40,000 nt of DNA, from NCBI GenBank assembly GCA_036843405.1, contig DAITSJ010000007.1, positions 45,693 through 85,692 of the forward strand, given 5' to 3'. The notes beneath the pieces are model-generated. The model was not told the origin of the DNA, made no database searches, and saw only the letters and a program-made list of their open reading frames with translations. The stretch comes from Porticoccaceae bacterium (GTDB taxonomy: Bacteria > Pseudomonadota > Gammaproteobacteria > Pseudomonadales > Porticoccaceae). Shown here in pieces: positions 1-9,549 of this stretch. How positions within the stretch are numbered: position 1 is the stretch's first letter; each line of letters starts with the position of its first letter. A program made the position numbers and the translations under genes.

Positions 1-1
1 G

Positions 2-253
2 GACCAGCAACTGGCCGCCTGCTACCGGAATGCCATCCGGGAGGCCGGCGAGCGCGACGTGGCCAGTATCGCCTTTCCCGCCATCAGTTGCGGCGTTTAT
101 GGCTTTCCCATGGAGCGGGCCGTCGACATAGCCGTGAGCACGGTTGGCGATGCCGTGAAATCCGCCAGCGGCATTGAAAAGGTCGTTTTTTGCTGCTTTG
201 ATGCGGAAATGGCCGAGTGCTATCGGGACGCACTGGCCGATCGGGGGGACTGA
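2..253 (+). CDS. ymdB: Macro-domain protein, C-terminal fragment (YmdB-like ADP-ribose / O-acetyl-ADP-ribose hydrolase); 5' end outside window
   Basis: Frame is open from base 2 (DQQLAACYRNAIREAGERDVASIAFPAISCGVYGFPMERAV...). The IAFPAIS-GVYG-P block and the C-terminal half parallel E. coli YmdB. TGA at 251-253. Confidence 0.8.
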   Translation, partial: DQQLAACYRNAIREAGERDVASIAFPAISCGVYGFPMERAVDIAVSTVGDAVKSASGIEKVVFCCFDAEMAECYRDALADRGD

Positions 254-277
254 CGAGATTGTGATTAGTTGTGAGAG

Positions 278-775
278 ATGGTATCTGGCGCTATGAGTTC
301 TCTTTCATCGAAGGTGCCGGAGGACGCCTATCTCCTCAGTCGCACCGATGCGCTCCATCCCCTGGCGGCTTTTTCCCGCCACGCCTTCGAGCTGGACGGC
401 GATACCTGGCCTTCCGTGGAGCATTACTTCCAGGCCATGAAGTTCCGTGACCGCCGGATCCGCGAGGCCATTCGCGACGCGCCCCACCCCCGGCTGGCCC
501 AGAAGATTGCCCGTCGGCGCTTCTGGAAAATCCGCCGGGACTGGAAAAAACTCCGGCGGGTACTCATGACCCGGGCCACCTATATCAAATGCCTGACCCA
601 CCCCGAGGTGCGGGACGAATTGCTCGCCACCGGCGAACTGACCATCGTCGAGAACAGCCTTTACGACCATTACTGGGGTTGCGGCCGGGATCAGCGGGGG
701 AACAACTATTTCGGCAAAATGCTGATGGATGTGCGCAACCGCCTGCGCGAGGAAAAGGCGCGGCAGGCGGTCTGA
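278..775 (+). CDS. NADAR (DUF1768, YbiA-like) domain protein
   Basis: 165-aa ORF. The blocks DGDTWPSVEHYFQAMKF and YWGCGRDQRGNNYFGKMLMDVRNRL match hallmark blocks of E. coli YbiA. Starts 24 bp after the macro gene. An alternative ATG lies at 293. Confidence 0.85.
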   Translation: MVSGAMSSLSSKVPEDAYLLSRTDALHPLAAFSRHAFELDGDTWPSVEHYFQAMKFRDRRIREAIRDAPHPRLAQKIARRRFWKIRRDWKKLRRVLMTRATYIKCLTHPEVRDELLATGELTIVENSLYDHYWGCGRDQRGNNYFGKMLMDVRNRLREEKARQAV

Positions 776-818
776 GAACGGGCTGTCGCCGGCGGGGGCA
801 ATAACCTCGATTCGACGG

Positions 819-1913
819 TCATTCGGCCGGCTCCTGATTATACACCCTGGGCACCCGCGCCGGCATCCGCGCCAGCAATTCGTAGCCAATGGTGCCTGCC
901 CCGGCCGCCACCTCGTTGACGCTGAGGTGTTCGCCCCACAATTCCACGTCTGAACCGATACCCACGTCGTCCAGGTCGGTGACGTCCACGGTAATCAGGT
1001 CCATGGAAACCCGGCCCGCCAGGGGTGCCCGGTGGCCCGCCACCAGCACCGGTGTGCCCGAGGGCGCGGTGCGGGGATAGCCGTCGCCGTAGCCTGCGGG
1101 GATAGTGGCAATCAGGGAGGAACGTCGGGCCTGCCAGTCGCCGCCGTAGCCCACCCGGTCGCCGGCGGGTATCCGGCGTACGGATATTACCCGGGAACTG
1201 AACGTCATCACCGGCCTCAGCCGGTCCGCCTCGGCGTGTGGCACGGTAAAGGGGGAATTGCCGTAAAGCATGAAACCCGGTCGGTTCCACCGGGCCCGGG
1301 TCGCTTCCCAGGCCAGCAGACCGGGGGAGTTGGCAATACTGAGCGGTGCGCCGAAGGGCCTCGCCAGCTCGCGGAGAAGCTCCACTTGCCGGTGGGTGAA
1401 GGGGTTGTCCAGTTCGTCGGCGCAGGCCAGGTGGGTGGCAAACACGATTTCGTCCTCGACCTTGCCGCTGTCCCGCAGAATCCGGTAAATGTCGGGCACC
1501 GATGCCGGGGTCGCGCCGAGCCGGTGCATGCCGGTATCCACCTTCAACCACACCCGGACCGGCGCCTGCAGCCGCGCCTCCGCTACCGCTTCCGCCTGGA
1601 CGCCGTTCTCCACCATCAGCCAGAAACCGTGGCGTCCCGCCTGCTCCACGTCGGTCCTCGAGAAGGGGCCCTCCAGCAGCAGAACAGGCAGTGCGATACC
1701 GGCCTCGCGCAGCGTCAGGGCCTCGTCCACGGAAGCCACGGCCAGGGCCGGAGCCTGGCTTTCCAGGGCTCTCGCCACGGCCAGGGCACCGTGGCCGTAG
1801 CCGTCGGCCTTGATCACCGCCAGGGTCTGGGAGGCGGGGGCCAGTGACTGGGCGAGGCGGAAGTTGTGGCGCAGGGCATCGAGGTTGATCAGCGCTTGCG
1901 TGGGTCGAGTCAT
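819..1913 (-). CDS. alr: Alanine racemase
   Basis: Track ORF 819..2069 trimmed to the ATG at 1911-1913 (MTRPTQALINLDALRHNF...). AVIKADGYGHG PLP-lysine motif and full-length racemase-like sequence. Confidence 0.9.
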   Translation of the reverse strand: MTRPTQALINLDALRHNFRLAQSLAPASQTLAVIKADGYGHGALAVARALESQAPALAVASVDEALTLREAGIALPVLLLEGPFSRTDVEQAGRHGFWLMVENGVQAEAVAEARLQAPVRVWLKVDTGMHRLGATPASVPDIYRILRDSGKVEDEIVFATHLACADELDNPFTHRQVELLRELARPFGAPLSIANSPGLLAWEATRARWNRPGFMLYGNSPFTVPHAEADRLRPVMTFSSRVISVRRIPAGDRVGYGGDWQARRSSLIATIPAGYGDGYPRTAPSGTPVLVAGHRAPLAGRVSMDLITVDVTDLDDVGIGSDVELWGEHLSVNEVAAGAGTIGYELLARMPARVPRVYNQEPAE

Positions 1914-2131
1914 AATGGCTTCCGGGGCAGTGCGTCGATTATAGGGAAGCGGGTGCTTCCCTGACAATTTGGCATTTCCGGCACCGGTATCGCCGGGCGT
2001 CGCTAAGGTGCTGTCTACGCGGGGTTCCCGGGCCCTGCCACGGCCTGGTTCGATAGTCCCAATGCACATGGTCGCTGGACAATCGATATAATTGTCGCCT
2101 TCGCAGGCATTTACCCGCTAACAGGTTTCAA

Positions 2132-5100
2132 GTGATTCCCATGGCACAGCAGAACACGGACACAGGCACCTGGGACTTCTGGATCGACCGGGGCGGCACC
2201 TTTACCGATATCGTCGCGCGCCGGCCCGACGGCGAACTGGTGACCCACAAGCTGCTTTCCGAGAACCCCCAGCAGTACCGGGACGCGGCCCTGCAGGGTA
2301 TCCGGGTACTGCTGGGTGTGGACGCCGGCGCGCCCATCCCCGCCGAGCGTATCCGCGCCGTCAAAATGGGCACCACCGTCGCCACCAACGCCTTGCTGGA
2401 ACGCAAGGGGGATGCCACGGTGCTGGTGATCACCGAGGGTTTTGGCGACGCCCTGCGCATCGGCTACCAGGCCCGCCCGCGGATTTTCGACCTCCATATC
2501 CGCTTGCCGGAGATGCTCTACAGCCGGGTTGTCGAGGCCCGGGAGCGCCTGAGCGCCCACGGGGAGGTGCTGGCGCCCCTGGACGAGGCAAGGATACGGC
2601 GCGATCTGCAACAGCTCTACCAGCAGGGTTTTCGCGCCCTGGCCATCTGCCTGCTCCACGGTTACCGCTATCCCGACCACGAGCGGGCCATTGCCGCCAT
2701 CGCCCGGGAGACCGGTTTTACCCAGATATCGGTGAGCAGCGAGGCCAGCCCGCTGATGAAGCTGGTGAGCCGGGGGGACACCACCGTGGTGGACGCCTAC
2801 CTCACCCCCATCCTGCGCCGCTATGTGGACCGGGTGGCCGGCGAACTGGGAGACACCCGGCTGATCTTTATGCAATCCCACGGCGGGCTGACGGATGCGC
2901 ATTTTTTCCAGGGCAAGGACGCCATTCTCTCCGGTCCCGCCGGCGGCGTGGTGAGCATGGTCCACACGGCGGGGTTGGCGGGCTTCGATCAGGTCATCGG
3001 CTTCGATATGGGCGGCACCTCCACGGATGTCAGCCATTACGATGGCGAATATGAGCGCACTTTCGAGTCGGAAGTGGCCGGGGCCCGTATCCGTGCCCCC
3101 ATGATGCTGATCCACACCGTCGCCGCCGGCGGCGGTTCCATCCTCCATTTCGACGGTGCCCGCTACCGGGTGGGCCCGGATTCCGCCGGCGCCGATCCCG
3201 GCCCCGCCTGCTACCGCCGGGGCGGCCCCCTGACGGTCACCGACTGCAACCTGATGCTGGGCAGAATCCAGCCGGATTTTTTCCCCCGGGTATTCGGCCC
3301 CGATGCCGACCAGCCCCTGGACAGGGAAGTGGTGCGGGAGAAGTTTGCCGCGCTGGCGGCGCGCATTCACCGGGAGACCGGCGACAGGCGCACCCCGGAG
3401 GAAGTGGCTGAAGGCTTTCTGGCCATTGCCGTGGAGAATATGGCCAACGCCATCAAGCGCATCTCCGTGCAGCGTGGCCACGATATCGCCGGCTATGTGC
3501 TCAACTGCTTTGGCGGCGCCGGCGGCCAGCACGCCTGTGCGGTGGCGGACGCCCTGGGCATGGAATGGGTGCTGCTCCATCCCTACAGCGGCGTACTTTC
3601 CGCCTACGGTATCGGCCTTGCGGATGTGCGGCTGATGCGCCAGCGGGCGGTGGAGGAACCCCTGGGGGACGAGCTGCTACCCCGCCTTCAAGCCCTGCTG
3701 GACGAACTGGCGGAAGACGGCCGCCGGGAGATGGCCGAGCAGCGGGTGACGGCGGAGCATACCCGGGCCGAGCGGCGGTTGCAGGTTAAATACGCCGGCA
3801 GCGACACCGCCCTGACCGTGCCCTTCGACACGGTTGCGGCAATCCGGCAATCCTTCGACGACGCCCACCGCAAGCAGTTTGGCTTTGCCAGCCCCGACAA
3901 GCCCCTGGTTGTGGAGGCGGTGCTGGTGGAAGTGATCGGCGCCAGCGATATCGCCCCGGAAAAGGCGGCGGGTCGGGGTGTTCCCCGGCCCGGCGCGGAT
4001 ATTCCCGCCGTCGCCGACATCGAGCTGGTGATGGCCGGGGAACACCGCCGGGCGCCCGTCCATGATCGCGACCGGCTGCGCCCGGGGGAACGGGTGGCGG
4101 GGCCGGCGATCGTCGTCGAGGCCAACGGCACCCTGGTGGTGGAGCCGGACTGGGAGGCGCGCATGGACCCCTACGGCCAGTTGCTGCTGCACCGGGTGGA
4201 GGCCCTGGCCGGGGGCAGGGCCATCGGCACGACGGTGGACCCGGTGATGCTGGAGATCTTCAACAACCTCTTTATGTCCATCGCCGAGCAGATGGGGGCG
4301 GTGCTGGAGAACACCGCCGTGTCCGTCAACATCAAGGAGCGGCTGGATTTCTCCTGCGCCCTGTTCGACCGGCACGGCGAGCTGGTGGCCAATGCCCCCC
4401 ATGTGCCCGTGCACCTGGGCTCCATGAGCGAGAGCATCAAATCGGTGATCCGCCAGTATGGCGGCAGCATGAAGGAAGGGGACGCCTATATGCTCAACGC
4501 CCCCTACAACGGCGGTACCCATCTGCCGGACATCACCGTGATCAAGCCGGTATTCCAGGGCGGCGAGGTGCCGTTCTACGTGGCCACCCGGGGCCACCAT
4601 GCGGATATCGGCGGCATTACCCCCGGTTCCATGCCGCCCCTGAGCCGCACCGTCGAGGAAGAAGGCGTGCTGATCGACAATATCCAGGTGGTGGACCGGG
4701 GGCGCTTTCTCGAGGGTGAGGTACGATCCCTGCTGGCCGGCGGTCCGTACCCGGCCCGTAATATCGACCAGAATATCGCCGATTTCCACGCCCAGCTCGC
4801 CGCCTGCGAGAAAGGGGTGCAGGAAATCCGTCGCATGGTGGATCACTTCGGCCTGGACGTGGTGCAGGCCTACATGGGCCATGTCCAGGACAACGCCGAG
4901 GAAGCGGTGCGGCGGGTGCTGGACGCCCTCCATGACGGTGACTTTCGCTGCCAGATGGACGACGGCAGCGCCGTCCAGGTCAGCATCCGGGTGGACAGGC
5001 AGCGCCGCCGCGCCACCGTGGATTTCGCCGGCACCAGCCCCCAGCACCCGGGCAACTTCAATGCCCCCGCCGCGGTGTGCAAGGCGGCGGTGCTCTATGT

Positions 5101-5758
5101 TTTCCGCACCCTGGTGGGCGACGACATTCCCCTCAACAGCGGTTGCCTCAAGCCCCTGGATATCCGCATCCCGGCGGGTTCCCTGTTGAACCCGTTGTAT
5201 CCGGCGGCGGTGGTGGCGGGCAACGTGGAAACCTCACAGGTGGTGGTGGACGCCCTCTACGGTGCCCTGGGCACCATGGCCGCCAGCCAGGGCACCATGA
5301 ACAACTTTACCTTCGGCAACCAACGCCACCAGTATTACGAGACCCTTTGCGGCGGCTCCGGCGCCGGGCCGGACTTCGACGGCACCGATGCCGTCCACAC
5401 CCATATGACCAATTCCCGCCTCACCGATCCGGAAGTGCTGGAATGGCGTTTCCCCGTCACCCTGGAACGCTTCGCCATCCGCCGGGGCTCCGGCGGCGCC
5501 GGTCGCCACCGGGGCGGCAACGGCGTGGTGCGCCGCCTGCGCTTCGGGGAAGCCATGACCGCCGGTATTCTCGCCAACCGCCGCAAGGTGCCCCCCTACG
5601 GGCTGGCCGGTGGCGGCAATGGTGCGGTCGGCCGCAATTGGGTGGAACGCGCGGACGGCACCGTCGAGGAACTGGGCAGCCAGGCCGAGGTTCGTGTGGA
5701 CCCCGGGGATGTTTTTGTCATCGAAACACCGGGTGGCGGCGGTTACGGCGAACCCTGA
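2132..5758 (+). CDS. 5-oxoprolinase (ATP-hydrolysing), fused hydantoinase A/B (HyuA-HyuB) type
   Basis: 1208-aa ORF. The N-terminus [21 protein letters not shown] and the two-domain hydantoinase/oxoprolinase architecture are typical. Alternative ATG at 2141. Confidence 0.9.
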   Translation: MIPMAQQNTDTGTWDFWIDRGGTFTDIVARRPDGELVTHKLLSENPQQYRDAALQGIRVLLGVDAGAPIPAERIRAVKMGTTVATNALLERKGDATVLVITEGFGDALRIGYQARPRIFDLHIRLPEMLYSRVVEARERLSAHGEVLAPLDEARIRRDLQQLYQQGFRALAICLLHGYRYPDHERAIAAIARETGFTQISVSSEASPLMKLVSRGDTTVVDAYLTPILRRYVDRVAGELGDTRLIFMQSHGGLTDAHFFQGKDAILSGPAGGVVSMVHTAGLAGFDQVIGFDMGGTSTDVSHYDGEYERTFESEVAGARIRAPMMLIHTVAAGGGSILHFDGARYRVGPDSAGADPGPACYRRGGPLTVTDCNLMLGRIQPDFFPRVFGPDADQPLDREVVREKFAALAARIHRETGDRRTPEEVAEGFLAIAVENMANAIKRISVQRGHDIAGYVLNCFGGAGGQHACAVADALGMEWVLLHPYSGVLSAYGIGLADVRLMRQRAVEEPLGDELLPRLQALLDELAEDGRREMAEQRVTAEHTRAERRLQVKYAGSDTALTVPFDTVAAIRQSFDDAHRKQFGFASPDKPLVVEAVLVEVIGASDIAPEKAAGRGVPRPGADIPAVADIELVMAGEHRRAPVHDRDRLRPGERVAGPAIVVEANGTLVVEPDWEARMDPYGQLLLHRVEALAGGRAIGTTVDPVMLEIFNNLFMSIAEQMGAVLENTAVSVNIKERLDFSCALFDRHGELVANAPHVPVHLGSMSESIKSVIRQYGGSMKEGDAYMLNAPYNGGTHLPDITVIKPVFQGGEVPFYVATRGHHADIGGITPGSMPPLSRTVEEEGVLIDNIQVVDRGRFLEGEVRSLLAGGPYPARNIDQNIADFHAQLAACEKGVQEIRRMVDHFGLDVVQAYMGHVQDNAEEAVRRVLDALHDGDFRCQMDDGSAVQVSIRVDRQRRRATVDFAGTSPQHPGNFNAPAAVCKAAVLYVFRTLVGDDIPLNSGCLKPLDIRIPAGSLLNPLYPAAVVAGNVETSQVVVDALYGALGTMAASQGTMNNFTFGNQRHQYYETLCGGSGAGPDFDGTDAVHTHMTNSRLTDPEVLEWRFPVTLERFAIRRGSGGAGRHRGGNGVVRRLRFGEAMTAGILANRRKVPPYGLAGGGNGAVGRNWVERADGTVEELGSQAEVRVDPGDVFVIETPGGGGYGEP

Positions 5759-5779
5759 GGCCTGGCGGTGAGCCGGAGG

Positions 5780-6214
5780 CTATTCGGCCATATTCTGGCC
5801 GGAACCTCCCATTTCCGCCGGTACGTCCCTGAATTTTTCCACCCCGTCGTGAATACGCAGCACAGCCTCCTGATAGTTCACATGAACCCCGGGCTTGAAG
5901 GCAAAGTCCGGTATTGTGGCCGCATAGACATCGGTCAGGTTCCAGGTGGGATGCTCGGTAAAAATATGGCCCCCACAGGTTTTGCACCACTTGCGGTGGC
6001 TCTGCGGTGTCTTGCTGTAACTGCCTATATTGTCGACACCTTCGGTGATGGTTACAGCACTGGGGTTCCACAAGGTAAAGGCGTTGACCGGCCCGGCTGA
6101 CCAGCGTCGACAGGATTCGCAGTGGCAGTACCCCATGGCTGCCGGCTCGCCGGTGACTGTGAATTGCACCGCGCCACAAAAACAACTGCCTTTGCAGGAT
6201 TTATTCGCGCTCAT
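5780..6214 (-). CDS. GFA (glutathione-dependent formaldehyde-activating / CENP-V) family Cys-rich zinc protein
   Basis: Cys pattern GSCFCGAV...CHCESCRR...CKTCGGH. The ATG at 6212-6214 overlaps the upstream gene's TGA (ATGA, 6211-6214). The track's GTG start at 6244 is the alternative. Confidence 0.8.
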   Translation of the reverse strand: MSANKSCKGSCFCGAVQFTVTGEPAAMGYCHCESCRRWSAGPVNAFTLWNPSAVTITEGVDNIGSYSKTPQSHRKWCKTCGGHIFTEHPTWNLTDVYAATIPDFAFKPGVHVNYQEAVLRIHDGVEKFRDVPAEMGGSGQNMAE

Positions 6215-6885
6215 GATAGACCTCGCTGTTGGATTGTCCGGCACTGATGGCCGTGAATGGACTTGTCGGTTTCCGGATCGGGAGTCAGCGTTTCATCGGG
6301 TTCGGTGGAGATAGCCCTGCCAACGGTCAAAGCCTGCCGGAAATTTTCGGCCATGCGCCAACAGGCAAAATCCGGCGCCACGCCCAGGCCGTCCAGGAGT
6401 TTGGTGAAAAACGCACGGGCGGCCGCTGCCGCCGCAATATCAAAAATGTCCCCGTCGTCCAGTCCGGCTGCCTTCAGTGGCACAATATCGTCGGCGTCGA
6501 TGGCTGACGCGTCACGGGCCAGTTTGCGGGCATATCCGATAATGGCCCTGTTCGTATCGTCCAGGGGGCTGTTATCAGTATCGCCTGCTATGGCCAGAAT
6601 TTCCTCCTCGGAAAAAAAGTCGGTGAGTGCCCGGCCATGGGCCAGGGCGCAGGCCGAGTTGCCGAGTTCGTGCGCCACGGCAAAGGTCACCAGCTCGAAG
6701 CGCACCGGGTCCATTGGCCGCTTGATGCCGGACAGCAGCTTTGCCCAAAGCGTCATGATTGCCGGGCGGTGGCTAAAGACCCTCGCATAGTTGGGTACAT
6801 AGCCGTATTTTCCCTGCTGCCGGGCATACATTTCCCGGACTTCTCCCCCGGCATGCGCCGGGGCGATGGTTTCGATAAATGCCAT
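6211..6885 (-). CDS. Carboxymuconolactone decarboxylase / AhpD-like (peroxidase-related) family protein
   Basis: Track ORF 6211..7263 trimmed to the ATG at 6883-6885 (MAFIETIAPAHAGGEVREMYARQQ...), which follows a strong GAGGAGG Shine-Dalgarno. CMD-like core ...VTFAVAHELGNSACALAHG... Confidence 0.75.
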   Translation of the reverse strand: MAFIETIAPAHAGGEVREMYARQQGKYGYVPNYARVFSHRPAIMTLWAKLLSGIKRPMDPVRFELVTFAVAHELGNSACALAHGRALTDFFSEEEILAIAGDTDNSPLDDTNRAIIGYARKLARDASAIDADDIVPLKAAGLDDGDIFDIAAAAAARAFFTKLLDGLGVAPDFACWRMAENFRQALTVGRAISTEPDETLTPDPETDKSIHGHQCRTIQQRGLS

Positions 6886-6905
6886 GCCGGAATCCTCCTC
6901 AGGGG

Positions 6906-7091
6906 TCAGGGTTGTTTTGAAAGCTGTACACACCACAGGGCGGCCATCAGGTAAAAGGCGGTTCGGTGCTGATGTGCGGCCAGGGCCTGACATTTGCCGG
7001 CCCAGCATTGCTGTTTTTCGAGCGGTAACCGGCTGGCCAGTGACTTGCGTTTTTGCATATGGCGCTGGAGATGCTTGTCCCTGGTATCCAT
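6906..7091 (-). CDS. Hypothetical small basic protein (61 aa), uncertain
   Basis: ATG at 7089-7091 (a GTG at 7098-7100 overlaps the upstream TGA). Its TGA is embedded in the GAGGAGG SD of the next gene, so it fills an otherwise empty 211-bp gap in the operon. No recognisable family (MDTRDKHLQRHMQKRKSLASRLPLEKQQCWAGKCQ...). Third-position GC looks weaker than in neighbours. Confidence 0.3.
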   Translation of the reverse strand: MDTRDKHLQRHMQKRKSLASRLPLEKQQCWAGKCQALAAHQHRTAFYLMAALWCVQLSKQP

Positions 7092-7096
7092 AACGA

Positions 7097-8056
7097 TCAC
7101 CTGTCGGTTGTATCCGTTCGGTAGTGGCCGATCTGTACTTCCTCGCCATGATCGGCGTAGTCCCCCGCGGCGCGCCGGGCGCGGAAATCGCCCCAGTTAA
7201 TCCGCCGGTAACGGGCGGGGTTCTGCGCGCCAGTAGTGGCAGGGAGGGGCTGGTAATCGGCACTGTAGGCCGGATTGAAAAAGAACGGGGCGCTGTAGCG
7301 CTCCCGCGCCGGATTGGCGATCACTCGGTGCAAAGCCGCCCGGTAGCGGTCGTTGGACCAGACCTGCACGATATCGCCGATATTGACCACCAGGGCGTCG
7401 GCGCGGGGCGCCACCAGGTGCCAGTTATCTTCCCTGAACACTTCGAGGCCGGGCTGCCTGTCCTGCCAGAGCAGGGTGAGGGCCCCGGCATCGGTATGGT
7501 GGTTGATGCCCAGATGCCCGGAAGTCGGCACGGCAACACCCTCGGGGCGGGTCGGCCGGGGGCACCGGGGGTAGTAGTTCAGGCGCAGGAAGCTGGAGTG
7601 TTGCTGGAAAAAGCGGTCCAGGTCGTTGGCCGCCATACCCAGATTGACGGCAATGGCCGACAGAAGGCGGAACGCCAGTTTTTCGCAGGCACTGTAATAG
7701 GCGGTAACCGCGGGCCTGAAGTCGGGCAGGGCCTGTGGCCATTGCGGTATCAACTGGTTGCCGTCAGCGGGGCCGTAATCGTAGATCTCCTTCCAGTCGC
7801 GGGTGTTCTTGGTCAGTTCCCGGTCATAAAAGCCCCAGGGGTTGGTGGCCGTGCGGGAAAGGGACCGCTTGTCGGCCCGGGGCAGGGCAAAAAAGTGGTG
7901 CATCTGCTCCCGCAATTTCCGGATAACGGGATCGGGGATACCGTGATCCACCACCTGAAAGAACCCCCAGTGCCGGCAGGCCAGATCCAGCCGTTGCAGT
8001 GTCTGCGGCTGGTGCAGGTGGCCGATGGAAATAACGGGGATCTGCTTGCTGTTCAT
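7097..8056 (-). CDS. 2-oxoglutarate/Fe(II)-dependent oxygenase, isopenicillin N synthase / ACC-oxidase-like family
   Basis: Trimmed to the ATG at 8054-8056 (MNSKQIPVISIG...). N-terminal CRHWGFFQVVDHGI, His-x-Asp...His triad (INHHTDAG ... AALHRV) and the RxS 2OG site (RYSAPFF). Starts 11 bp after the upstream gene. Confidence 0.85.
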   Translation of the reverse strand: MNSKQIPVISIGHLHQPQTLQRLDLACRHWGFFQVVDHGIPDPVIRKLREQMHHFFALPRADKRSLSRTATNPWGFYDRELTKNTRDWKEIYDYGPADGNQLIPQWPQALPDFRPAVTAYYSACEKLAFRLLSAIAVNLGMAANDLDRFFQQHSSFLRLNYYPRCPRPTRPEGVAVPTSGHLGINHHTDAGALTLLWQDRQPGLEVFREDNWHLVAPRADALVVNIGDIVQVWSNDRYRAALHRVIANPARERYSAPFFFNPAYSADYQPLPATTGAQNPARYRRINWGDFRARRAAGDYADHGEEVQIGHYRTDTTDR

Positions 8057-8067
8057 GGCGTTCGCCC

Positions 8068-9549
8068 TCAGGCGGTTTTTCTCGGTTGGACCCATTGGGG
8101 CAGCAGTTCCCGCGGCGCAAAGTGCGCCGGTACGCTGACCGGGATGCCGCAACCGGCCAGCTTGTCCGCCAGGGTGGCGTTGTCGAAGGCCTCGAAAACC
8201 TCGCTGCAGCCACCCATATGTTCGCCGCCGATAAAGATCTGCGGAATGGTGGGCGAACCGGTGCGTTGCCCAAGCACGGCGCGGATTTTTCCGCCCCGGT
8301 TATCCTGCTGGTAGGCTACGGAGTCCAGGTCGATGCTGCGGTAGGGGATCGCCAGGCGTTCGAACAGCTTGCGCACCGCCCAGCAGAACTCGCACCATTC
8401 CAGAGCGAACATTACTACCGGCTCTTCGCTGACCACCTGTTCCACAAAAGCAGCCGCCTCCCGGGCCGGTTTCGGTGTGCGGGCGGCCGGCGGTGCGGCC
8501 GGGGTGGTATCAAAGCGATAGTTGGAAGTGGATTCGGAGAGCGCCAGCTCCTCCTCTGTCATGGCTTCGCCGATATCGCCGAACAGTGGGGTGGACAGGT
8601 ACCTTTCGCCGGTATCCGTGAGCATGCAGACAATATTGCTGCCCGGCGCGGCGCGCTCGGCAACCGCCAGGGCGCCGGCCAGGGTGGCGCCGCTGGAGAT
8701 GCCCGCGAAAATCCCCTCCCGCCTGGCCAGTTCACGGGCGAGTCTGAGGGCGTCGTCGCCGGAGACCGGCACGATCTCGTCGACCAGCCCGTCACTGACC
8801 GCATCCTCCGCCAGTGTGGAGATAAAATCCGGGCTCCAGCCCTGCATCAGGTGGGGCCTGAAGTGGGGATGGCTGGCGCTTGGCGAGCCGTCTGTGTTCC
8901 TGGGCTGGGGAATACCACTGCCGAGAATCCGGGAATTGTCCGGTTCGGCCACCACAATCCGGGTTTCCGGGCTGTCCTGTTTCAGGCGACGGGCCACGCC
9001 TTTAAGGGTGCCCCCGGTGCCGAAGCCGGAAACCCAGTAATGGAGGGGCTCGCTCCCGAAATCCCGGAGAATCTCCACGGCCGTGGTACGGCTGTGAATA
9101 TCGGCATTGGCCTCGTTGTCGAACTGCCGGCACAGGAACCAGCCGTGTTTTTTCGCCAGTTCTTCCGCCTTGGCCAGCATGCCGGTGCCTTTTTCGGCGG
9201 CGGGCGTCAGTACCACCCTGGCGCCCAGAAAGCGCAACAGCTTGCGTCGCTCCACGCTGAAGTTCTCCGCCATGGTGACCACCAGGGGATAACCCTTGCG
9301 GGCACAGACCATGGCCAGGCCGATACCGGTATTGCCGCTGGTGGCCTCGATCACCGTCTGTCCCGGCCTGAGCCGGCCGGTTTTCTCCGCGTCCTCGATA
9401 ACCGCCAGGGCCATGCGGTCCTTGATCGACCCCATGGGGTTGAAGGCTTCCACCTTGACATAGACGTTTACGCCCGCCGGAGCCAGTTCGTTGAGTCTCA
9501 CCAGGGGCGTATTGCCGATGGTTTCGAGGATATTGTCGTAGCGTGCCAT
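8068..9549 (-). CDS. Cysteine synthase family (PLP, CysK/CysM fold) fused to a C-terminal glutaredoxin domain
   Basis: 493 aa. TPLVRL...NPMGSIKDR (PLP lysine), TSGNTG, and GISSG with TDTGERYL in the first ~320 aa. A Pro/Ala linker follows, then the Grx fold VVMFALEWCEFCWAV...TIPQIFIGGEHMGG. The CEFC codons are at 8383-8394. Confidence 0.85.
   Translation of the reverse strand: MARYDNILETIGNTPLVRLNELAPAGVNVYVKVEAFNPMGSIKDRMALAVIEDAEKTGRLRPGQTVIEATSGNTGIGLAMVCARKGYPLVVTMAENFSVERRKLLRFLGARVVLTPAAEKGTGMLAKAEELAKKHGWFLCRQFDNEANADIHSRTTAVEILRDFGSEPLHYWVSGFGTGGTLKGVARRLKQDSPETRIVVAEPDNSRILGSGIPQPRNTDGSPSASHPHFRPHLMQGWSPDFISTLAEDAVSDGLVDEIVPVSGDDALRLARELARREGIFAGISSGATLAGALAVAERAAPGSNIVCMLTDTGERYLSTPLFGDIGEAMTEEELALSESTSNYRFDTTPAAPPAARTPKPAREAAAFVEQVVSEEPVVMFALEWCEFCWAVRKLFERLAIPYRSIDLDSVAYQQDNRGGKIRAVLGQRTGSPTIPQIFIGGEHMGGCSEVFEAFDNATLADKLAGCGIPVSVPAHFAPRELLPQWVQPRKTA

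Noticed and set aside
1914-2069. N-terminal extensions of track ORFs: alr to 2069, the AhpD-like gene to 7263, the 2OG oxygenase to 8152, the regulator from 9629, glcG to 21016, the thiolase from 35551
   Set aside because: The extensions are Arg/Pro/Gly-rich and unlike the families' known N-termini. Internal ATGs with Shine-Dalgarno sequences give proteins of canonical length.
2111-3580. 489-aa minus-strand ORF
   Set aside because: Antisense to the 5-oxoprolinase gene, with a low-complexity Gly/Ala/His-rich translation.
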